This document shows positions 10,129-20,276 of a DNA stretch of 64,000 bases, one piece after another. A model generated the notes under the pieces. It was given only the letters and a program-made list of their open reading frames with translations, was not told the DNA's origin and did not search any database. The DNA is taken from contig JAUCBJ010008095.1 in NCBI GenBank assembly GCA_032718475.1, forward strand, positions 19,421 to 83,420. Reading direction: 5' to 3'. The position numbers and the translations under genes are program-made. This DNA comes from Nemertoderma westbladi (taxonomy: Eukaryota; Animalia; Xenacoelomorpha). How positions within the stretch are numbered: the first letter of the stretch is position 1; each line of letters opens with the position of its first letter.

Positions 10129-13100
10129 TATTATCGGAATGAATCTGTAGCAAATATTCGCGCACAACTCTAAATCCACTATCATGAGGTAAAATATCAA
10201 CTACCTCGATTAGTTCGTCATATTGTGGCATAGCGGAGATATATCCTTCCGACATCATAGTTTGAGGGTTTACCGCCCAAAATCCAAGATGTGCTCTCAT
10301 TGGGAATCATCTTCTTTGCGCCGATACATGTTCGTCAGCTAAATCTTCCCAATCATCAAACAGTTTTCTCACTAGTTTTACAGATTCGTGTTTGTATGGT
10401 ATGTCTCGCAGTTGACATTCAGATGCTCGATGTCCCTTTATATTGCAATATGAGCATTGAGCCATAAATCTCCAGCAAGTATAAAACGTATGGGACCCTT
10501 GATCTCCACACCATCCACAAATCAGTTGAGTCGTAGTAATGTGTTTTCCACTGCATTTCGTCGAATGATGTCCAGCGACGCCACATTTACCACACATCGT
10601 ATTGGCAGGGTACCACACTCGCTCATATATAAGATCTCCAATTGGTCGAGCGCTTCCTCCCACACTATAGTCATAATCGTCTGGATCGATAGGTTGGTAT
10701 GTTTCAGAAGGTTGTATGCAAACTACAGCATCTGTTGCTTCAAGTTGACGAATCTCCGTCTGAGATTTCTTCGGGAAGTTCCTTTCAATCTCAAGAAGTT
10801 CTTCTAGAGGATCATCGATGATCGTCGTTACGTCGGAATCATCACCTAAGTGACCGATAGGCACGCGCGTGATTCGTCTATAACCTCCACGATACGTTCT
10901 CCTTCATAAGGTAACATTGTAAACATAGATGGTCTTTCGATAAGAGATCCCGCACAGCGAAGATACACGTCTCGAAATATACTAAATCCTGCTCGAGTAA
11001 AGGCATTGCACTGAGCGTCGGAATTGTAGAAGGGTTCGAGGAACTGTCTAAACACGTCGGTATGAATTCTCCCTTCCGCGTAGAACGTATGATCTTCTCT
11101 GAGACAAAGTGGATGTTGTTTAAGAGTCCGAGACACAATGTCGGCGATCAAGCAAACATTCACTGATGACTCTATCGCTAAATAATATTGTAGTACTGCT
11201 CTTGGAGGTGAAGTAATAGCCCAATGCACGCATCCTCTCCATTTGAGCTGTGATTCAAACTCGTTTATATCTGGAGTATCACCTTCTCCATACGTTTTAA
11301 TATACTTTGTTCTTTTACTTTCCTTGTAATCCCAATTAAACATCAGGTAGGAAATGTATCCAGTTCCGGTCTTCTGAGTATCATACTCCCGGAAAAGTCC
11401 TTGTTCTATAGACCACAGTATAAGAGGTCGAGTGTCGACGTAAGGTGTCGGTAATTGGTTGTCACTGTCCGACATGCCGGCAAAGTCGCTAATTAAATCC
11501 TCTCTAACTCCTGATCCAATCTTTACAACGGTTTTATCTAAAATAATATTTCTTACCATCTTCGGTAACATCCTAGCATCGATGTTGCAGGCTTGGTCCA
11601 TCTTCTTTACTATGTTAGTGAGGAGATGGTGCCGCTTAGTATTTCCTGGAGGTATCGGCATTTGCTTGTCGCTCCTTTGTCTACTGAAAACGTGCAAGAC
11701 TCCGTCTGCCGCTCTAATTTGTAAAGTCTTGGAAGTCAGACTCTGTTGATGGCTGCCGCCCTCGTTGTCATAAAACATGTAACCATTTTCCTGGAATGAT
11801 CTAATCGTCCTGTTCCATTTGTCCATTAATTCTTCCGAAGGTTGCCAAATCTTCTCTATGTCCTTCTCGTCCTCGAAACGAATGATTTTACCTTGCCAGT
11901 TCGTGGCGATGTCTGTATCCGATTCAAAGGTTCCTGTTCCGATCCACAAACGAATTGTTCTGGTCAGATATCCACTTTAGTTACTCGGAGCTATATCAGC
12001 GCCAGCTCTATCCAGTTCCCTAAAGTCTTGAATATGAGGCGGAACATTATGCACGACCTTTTGCGTAATATGTCTACGTAAATCATATATCTTAACCATA
12101 TCGCTTAGAACAACTGCAGGAAGAAACTCTAAGTTTGAAATGATTTCCGGATGATCCACAATAGGTATTTCGTACGTCGTATCTTCTCGGACTGGTATAC
12201 TAATAGGGAAATTGAGTGTCGTACTCAATGGTTTTGTAGTCGAAGTACTATGCGGTTGCATTTCTCTTGTCCTTTTCGGTGATGCAATTTGTAGTCTCTA
12301 AATAACGTTTTGAGCAAAGTTTATACTTTCGAAAATTTCCGGTGTCACATCCTTAGCTGAAGTTTGATCGTGTGACGTCCAATGGTAAGGTAGGCTCGCG
12401 AGTCTTCCGCCCCATTCTTCCATCTCACCTTCCTCGAAAGCCTTATAGGCTCTGTATAGGCTAAGAGCTTCTTTCTTTTCGCGGGTTGACTGAGTCACCT
12501 CTTCCAGCGTAAGTTCAAATGCATCGGGTTCAACAATCTTAGGTGGACAAACGACAATTTCTCCCGCCTTTGGTCCACACATAGCAAATGAATGATACGG
12601 ATTCGATAAAGGATACTCCTTCCTGGTAACGTAGTTGTTGATGGTTCGAACACCTTGCCAATATCGGTTCGGGATTTTCCTTATTCAAATGCATCGGAAT
12701 CGCCTTTTGTTGTTTGCGCATACAGGCACCACATTGATAATAAAGTTTATAAACTGAAAAGGCTTCCTTCGTTTCTCTATTGTCTCCTCGAGTTCGTCTG
12801 TAAAGATGCATTCCATCAAATTCATCGCGTACCGCAGGCATAGGTTCATGTGCCTTCAGGTATTGCATGGTATGATACAAACGACTAATTTCGGTATCGG
12901 GGTCTTCACTGATATCTCCCGTATCACATAACGCATCGTACAGATAAAGTTCATTGAAGGTTTTTCGCAAACTTTCGATTCTTTCGTTTAGAGCGTTCTG
13001 CCTCCTCTTTAATACCGTCGAGTCGTATTTAGTTTTAGCAAGTTTTGCTGTACTTTCTGATAAATCCTTTATTCCGAATATAGTGTAATCCTTTGCACCG

Positions 13101-13817
13101 AATCTTTCAAATGGAGCTGCCGCTTCCTCTTGAATATCGTATCCTCATCTCGGCTCTCCAGATATCCCCTTTGCCATTATTAGAAGTATGGTTACATAAT
13201 CATTACTACTAGAGGGAATACAACAGAGTTTATGTTAGTTGTGAGGAGCTTTGAGAGTTTTCGTCTGCCCTTTTGGCTCGACAATGCTCTAACCTCCTAC
13301 CCATAGCCTAAGATCTAGGGTTTCTTTAATGACACACTGTTTCTTATCTAAAATTTTGCCGAAATAAAAACGATTTGGGCTAAACTGGCTGTGAGTCTAA
13401 AATACTCACCTTTTGATCCCAAACTATTATCAGAAAATAAGCAATCAAGAATTAGTAATAAATATAGGGAAGACTTATTGAAACACGACCGTGTAAAATT
13501 TAATATTAAAAAAGAAAGGCTCGTGAGTCTTCCGTTCTCTTGTTTCTCTAATTTTAAGTTCCACCCGACTGTACCCTGAAATCCATTCACTGGAGAAAAT
13601 TTTAAAATTTTTCAAATCCAAATGGATTGTCTAAAATTTCGAAAATGTCTCATATTGTGAGTTCCAAGTAGAATTCCATTTCTTATACCTACAAATCCCG
13701 CTCCTATGTGACACATAAGGGTACTACCCTCAATGTTCACATATAAAGACAATGGAAATCTACCGCAGTCTTTACTACAGTGTACAGGTACGCGGAAATC
13801 TATTTGTAAACTCCTTA

Positions 13818-16800
13818 TTATTTACTAACATTAGTTGGAGACTTGTAATCTCCAGACTCGTTACGAGTCTCTTCAAGAAGTACTAGACGTTGAGTCGGTC
13901 TGTCTACTGTACGACCGTCAATTGTCCGTACCGTCACGGTTCTTATCACTCCATCCATAGATGGATGTGTGTCTAAAATAACACCTGTTATCCAGAAGCG
14001 TCTTTTTAAATTCACTTCTGCCAACAGCACGTGATCTCCCGGCTTTAAAGCACGGGTATTGTTGTACCAAGTAGTTCTGGCAGAAATAGAGGGCAAATAA
14101 TGGTTTTGCCATATTTCCCAGAATTTGTTAGCCAGTTGTTGCGTGATTTTCCACGCTTTTCTACCATAGCTATCGCCTTCTATTGGAATAGAAATAGGCA
14201 TCAATGAAGTCGGTGCCTGCATTAGCAGGTGTGCAGGTGTTAAAGCAAACTGGGATTGTTTGTCATCGGGTACTAATACTATTGGTCTAGTATTTAGTAT
14301 TGCCTCGATTTCAACAAACAATGTGGTCAGTTGGTTGTCTGTCAAGATGTGGTGTACTGGAATGACTTTTGCCATGGCTGTTTTAATAGATCGTATCAGT
14401 CTCTCCCAGACCCCGCCTCTCCATGGACTATCTGGAGGATTAAACTTCCAAACAATCTTGTAAGGACGTAGTTCGTTTGAGATTTGATCATGATCTAATT
14501 TCTTAAAGGCTCTAGCAATTTCATTTCGAGCACCAACAAAGTTTGTACCTTGGTCTGAGTACAAGCATTTTACTAGTCCGCGTCTAGCGATAAATCACCG
14601 CAATGCTAGTATAAAAGCGTTGGTGGAAAGATCCATCACACGTTCAATATGAACTGCCCTACTGGACATGCATGTGAAAATCAGTCCCCAGCGTTTTACT
14701 AGTATACATCCACGTTTCGTATGTATGGGACTAAAGCAGTCAATTCCAGTCTCTGTGAAAGGTGGTCTGAATGCTTGTAGTCGTGCTTGTGGAAGTTCAC
14801 TCATTTCTTGGGTACTTATTCTAGAATGTACCTTTTTACAAATAATACACATGCGCATCACCGAACTTAGTGCTTTACTGGGTCTAATTAATACAAATCT
14901 TGTACGTAAGTAGGAAAGACAGTGGTGTCTTCAAGCGTGTTTCAGATGTAAATGTGCGTCCAGTATCATTGCACGTTGTAATTCGTGATGTTGCGGTATT
15001 ATTATTGGTTACCTAAAATCAGTATTAAAGTCAATGTTTTGAAGCCGAGATTTATGACAAATTAGGCCATTATAAATTATTGGACTCCAACTCAATATTG
15101 GTGACGACTTGATTGGTTGACCTTGACTTATGGATGTGAATTCGCGTGCGAAATATCGCAATTGGTAATGGCGAATTAATTTAATTTCACATCTGTCAAT
15201 CTCAGTCAATGTAAGTCGACGTGTAAAGTTGCATTTGCCTTTAACGTATTGTACAAAACGTACAATCCACGCTAATTTTCGGCACGCATTTGTCCAAGAA
15301 TCTGTCAGGTTTACAATACGGTCGACGTAAGTATTTATGACGTCATCAGGTAAGTCAATGGTGAATTTTGAAGGTTTTGTTTTACTAGATGGGCCCACGG
15401 GTCCGCCGGTAGGTATTCCCTTGTTGACTGTTGATCCGTCCGGGTCTATGAGTAATTTGTCCTTCTTCGCCTTCTTACCTTGATTGTCAGTACTTTGTGA
15501 GTCGATCCCTAATGGAGGTTTTAACTCTATGGGATCACTGGGTTTCGGTAAACTTATTTTTCTGCCGATATTTATCCCAGGTCTCACCGTAGGTTGTAAG
15601 GTTGGTATGTCTCTTGAGCGCAAAGTAACACCTGTATTTACATTTGTATAGGTACTACCCACATCTGTAATACATGAGGTTTCACTGTACTTATGGTTAC
15701 TCAAGAGTGTCAAATTTGGTAGTTTGTCGATAGAAGGCCGCTCCAAAAGGGAAACTGCGGCTTTACTATGTGTCAGTATGTTACTAATGTCTGGTTGAAC
15801 ATCTTGTGATATGTCTGGTAAAATGTTTCGCGGAACGTCCGGCGAAACGTCTAGTGACATGTCTGGCAAAATGTCTGGTTGACCGTCTAGTAACGTGTCT
15901 GGTTGACCGTCTGGCGATACATCTGGTGAAGAAAGGCTCGCAAGTCTTCCATTCTTAACTTTGTAAGTTATATTTTTCTTTTTCGCCTTTGGTTTCTTCT
16001 TAAGTTTCGCCGTCGTTTTTTTCTTTGCTTTCCCTTTCTTTGGTTTTTTAATTTCGGCGTCCTTAGGGATAGTGTTAGACTTGTTATCGTACAGTGGCGG
16101 CCAATGTTGTGCTGCTCTTTGTACGAATTGTGGTCCCTGTTGCCAAAATTCCTTGTTCTCCGGTTTACAAAACTCCTCAGGCATCATTCCTCGCGACGCA
16201 ATATCAGCTGGGTTTTGTGGTCCGGGACAATGTCGCCAATCTTCTTTTATTGAATGGTCTAAAATTTCTGCACGACGGTTAGCTACAAATGTCTTAAATT
16301 CAAGTGTGTCGTTGTTTATATAAAATAAAACTAACGTCGCGTCAGTCCAATAAAATATCTGTAAGCTTGATTGTAATTCCGTCTGTATAAGGTTCACAAT
16401 GGTGGTTGACAAGGTTGCTGCTTGTAGTTCAGCGCGTGGTGTCGTCATATACTTAGTAGGCATGGTCTTAGCCTTAGAAGTAATGAGCGATACATCAAAC
16501 TCGTCTGAATCTACTTGCCTACGCAGATACGCTGTCACTCCAAAGCCGTTGTCACTGGCGTCAGAAAAACAATGTAATTCTAAGTCGTCAGGAAATGTCG
16601 TCTGTAATGGAAAGTACACCCGGGGTATGGAATAATCTTCTAGTGAAGACAATTGCGCCTCCCAAGTTTTCCATAAGTCCACTTGTTCGGATGAGATCGG
16701 TTCGTCCCATGTCAGTCCATCTTTCCAGATACTGCGCATGTATATTCTTGCTTGCAGTATTATTGGGCTGATAAAACCTAATGGATCGAACAATCGACTC

Positions 16801-16908
16801 AGCTTTGACAAGCAAGACCTCTTTGTCAGAGAATCTCCTTGAGCGTCCAGTCTTACTTTCACTCGAAAGTTGTCTGTGTTTGGGTCCCAAAATAGTCCCA
16901 ACACCTTG
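13818..16908 (-). pseudogene. pol 3' part of element C (RT connection, RNase H, low-complexity spacer, integrase) with a frameshift near 15010 and stops near 14932 and 14596
   Basis: ORFs 15009-16908, 14595-14861 and 13818-14564 are colinear with B pol. Confidence 0.9.
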
Positions 16909-18104
16909 TGTAAAAGCTTTTGTGGGATAACTGGTTCGTTTGCCTTGCTGGCCAGTTCCCCCCGGTCGCTAGAATACTCTAAAAGGGATCTATAGCTAAA
17001 ATAGTGCAAGCTACCAGCTTATTGGCTGATTTGCTGTACGAAGGTATCTGGGCTCCGTTTAATCGGCCAACCAGCCTAGGAAAGTTGCGTCATAGCCCTG
17101 TTTCTGTATCTGCCAATAGAATTTGAGTTGGCGTTGATTTTGACCTATCCCAGAGCTACTGAACTGAATTTCCTATCTGTATGCTCATCCTCTGTGTTGG
17201 ACGGGAGCTTCGTGGAATAAGGGTAGTTGGTATCCTCGTATAGGGTAGTAGTCATATGATTCTGTTGTTGTGTTCCCATTTTTTCGCCATAACACCGGCT
17301 TTTGGAACAACTCTAGCAAAAACTGCTTAGATTATAGAAAAGTATAACTGTTACCGGCGGTGTTACCTCACTTGATTTAACGGCACGGCACGGACTTTAA
17401 TTACTAATCATATTGTTTGTACTGCTATTTACCGTCAGTTATTAATTGTATCGATTTGTTGATGAAATATTGTCATTTGGAGAATATTGATAAATCACCC
17501 AAATTTCCCAATTTTCTTGATACACTACAGGTTAGAGAGACAGGCTATATATAACAATTGCGATTTATATCAATGTGGTGTGTATTGAATCTAATGTTAT
17601 TTAGTAGACACTACCTGAGTCAATTGCTGTTCTCTTTATGTGTGATCAAATATACTGACGGTCGGCAGAATAGTGTGCATGATTGTGAGTGTGACTGGTA
17701 ACAAAGCATTTCCTAAAGAATGCGCCTTATACTTTAATCATAAGCCTTATCGTTGCGTTTAGTATAAGTCCTAGCTCTGTTTAAATAGATAGAGCGCCAC
17801 ATCCTAAAGGAACTGTTAATATTTCCCGAAAGTTAATAATATCTGTCAGGAATTACATATTAGCGATCAATCGAATAATACAGTAGGCTTACACTGCAAC
17901 CTTACACTGCAATAATAAAATCTAAGCATCCGAATTCAGCCTCCCGGGTGTATCCATCGGGTGAATGATCGCGCATGGGCTGGCTTCGGCTAATGTTTGT
18001 TTATTAGCATAAAATATTGTCGTATGCTAAAGGTGTGTTAATTAACTAAAAGACATATAAATTTTGGCAGGTTAAACTGCTAAAGGTCTTCAAAAGCGCG
18101 AACA
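16909..18104 (+). repeat. 5' LTR of element B (1196 bp)
   Basis: About 99% identical to 36977-38174 (I counted ~7 substitutions and 2 single-base indels by eye). Confidence 0.95.
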
Positions 18105-18116
18105 GTAACAGTTATA
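18105..18116 (+). promoter_or_regulatory. Non-tRNA primer binding site of B (GTAACAGTTATA), complementary to LTR 17343-17354
   Basis: Exact 12-nt reverse complement, directly abutting the LTR end, with no TGG start. An equivalent covarying pair exists in A (1576-1586 / 2326-2336). Confidence 0.75.
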
Positions 18117-18443
18117 AGTCTTATTGCAGTAAGCAATAAGGTTGCAAAATACCGTAGTGACCGGTAAACCTGAACCGGTACTTCTGTAGGTCAGTAGGCC
18201 TAACTGTCATCACCGGTACCGGTACTGCTGTACAAGTACATTTAGTATTATTCGATTTTGATTATTGTATACCGGTAGGCTGTTTAAGAGATTAGGGACT
18301 GTACACCCCTTGTTTCTTTTGGAGCTTACTTATTTCTGTCAGTTTTATTTATTTGTAGGCCAGTATTGAGCAGAAGGCGTGTAAGCTTGTTCAGTCTATA
18401 CAGACAATTGGTAGGTCAGACTGTTGTCGGATTGTTGTTGAGT

Positions 18444-18975
18444 CTGGAGAGATTGCGGCGTGTGTAGAGTTTGTCTGATAAAGTGCCGTTAGTAAGTTGG
18501 GGCAGCCATATGCTGTAAGGTCAATCCCCTCTTAAAGAATAAGTCGTACTACCGTGTTAGAACGCATACTAACTAACAGTTTCAGAATCTGCATATACTG
18601 TAGTTTATTTAGGCTTGATCGTGGTCTGCCAGCATTTTGGCCTGTGTTTGTTTGTGTAGTCTGTTCAGGTACCGTAATAGTTATTACTCAAATATTTTGT
18701 AGGCTGGATTGTTGTCTAGCTATTCTTAGGTCTGAAGGGATTGCTGCGTGTGTAGAGTAAGTCTGATAAAGTGCCAGTTAGTAAGTTGGGGCAGCCATAT
18801 GCTGTAAGGTCAATCCCCTCTTAAAGAATAAGTCGTACTACCGTGTTAGAACGCATACTAACTAACAGTTTCAGAATCTGCACATACTGTAGTTTGTTTA
18901 GGCTTGATAGTAGTCTGCCAGCGTTTGGTTTGTATTTTTGCTTGAGTATTCTGTACGGGTAGCGTAATATTTATT
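18444..18975 (+). repeat. Direct duplication (period ~290 bp) in the leader of B
   Basis: GATTGC.GCGTGTGTAGAGT...GGCTTGAT occurs at ~18451 and ~18740. Confidence 0.8.
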
Positions 18976-20276
18976 ATTCAGAGTTTATGCGATTATTCGC
19001 AACATTCATGTCCCCAAGTTTATTCCTACAGTAATTGTGCTTGTTACACATACCGTTATAGTTAAATTAACCCCGGTACTACACGGGCTGCTTGGCGTAG
19101 GTAAAGACTGGTGACTTTGTGCTTCGGTCACTCCAGCAGATGCCGTGGTTCTTTTAACTGTTCAAGTATATTTAACTGCTAGTTATCTGTTTTAAATAAG
19201 TACTTGTACCTAATTTAGGGTTTAGTGTACAGTGCTTTCCGAAAGTAATTAGTGTGTAGGCAGTATATTTGTGTTGTAAAGTGGTTAATAGGCACGCTGG
19301 ATCTGGTAGTCCGCGGTAATTAACTTCTAGGTAGGAACACTCCGTGATACATAACGTAGTACCTATAGCGATACGGCTATAGGTCGTCAGGCGGTGGTAT
19401 TTTCCTATCTGGACAACGCAGTATATTTACTACTACTTATTATTTTAAATACCGTAGTACCCTGTCAGTTGTAATAACCAGAATTCTAACCCTTTGTTAG
19501 GCTGGTTTGTAGACTTCCTGTAAAATTACCCTAAAAATTTCGTACGTAATATTTTGTTGTGTTTAATTAGAGAATTAATCTCACCCGTATCGTAAGTAAT
19601 TAGTAGGAATAAGTAACTTAGGTAAATTAGAATTATCTGTTTTAGTGTCTCAATAAGTAGCACTTCACTGAGAGCGCACAGCTTCTGTGTAGTGACTCCC
19701 CCAGAAATAATAACATTTATTTCAAATATTGACAAAACCCCTTTTAAACGGGTATATATCTATTATAAATCAACTCAAACGATTTATAAATAGTAGGCCT
19801 GTCATACAACAACTAGGTCTCAATATCAGTTGGACTACTGCTTAAATAACGGTAATAAAGTAAGTTAAAGTAACCAAGTAACCCTAAAAATATTCAGAAA
19901 TTCAATTATTTAAAATAATTGACATACCGGTATTTACCATAGGCTTATTATATTTATTTCTATAAATTTGAGCTGAAATCATACCGGTACTCTGTAATTA
20001 ATTCTAGTCCATAATTATACTTATATATACTATAAGTGTAAGCTGTATACTGGTATTCACGATAGGCCTATTATATATTTATATATATTTGTGCTAAAAT
20101 TATATACCGGTACTCTGTGACAAACCTAGTTTACAATACTTATATATACTATAAGTGTATACCGGTATTCTAATATACTGTAATCAATTAACGGTACTAG
20201 GCCAACGGTTATACTGAATTACTAGACTTGCTTTAACTGAAACTATAGCAGTAGACATTCAACTGTATAGCTAAAC

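Larger units (their letters stand above)
6986..13177 (-). pseudogene. Disrupted accessory ORF of element C (~1100-1200 codons once the LINE is removed): N-terminal region, DEDDy 3'-5' exonuclease, three CCHC zinc knuckles, C-terminal region
   Basis: ATG at 13177. Fragments 12970-12539, 12582-12298, 12261-11977, 11949-10846, 10864-10307, 10300-10129 and 7659-7444 join through single stops or frameshifts. Exo motifs are YDNEG, LQI, VVKIGSGVREDL, YVDT and W...QYYLAIE. The C-terminal limit is uncertain. Confidence 0.7.
5691..16908 (-). mobile_element. BEL/Pao element C, 3' half (RNase H-integrase, accessory ORF, 3' LTR); decayed, cut at 16908 by element B and interrupted by an RTE LINE
   Basis: Pao-type motifs KVLGLFWD, FDPLGF, HCFSDAS, FYWTD, NPADIASRG, GIDCF, SDQGTNF, WRGGVWER, LTPAHLL, DGVIRTV. 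Confidence 0.9.

Noticed and set aside
16909-17009. N-terminus of the 666-aa ORF 15009-17009
   Set aside because: The first ~33 codons are antisense B LTR sequence fused by the insertion, not a real start.
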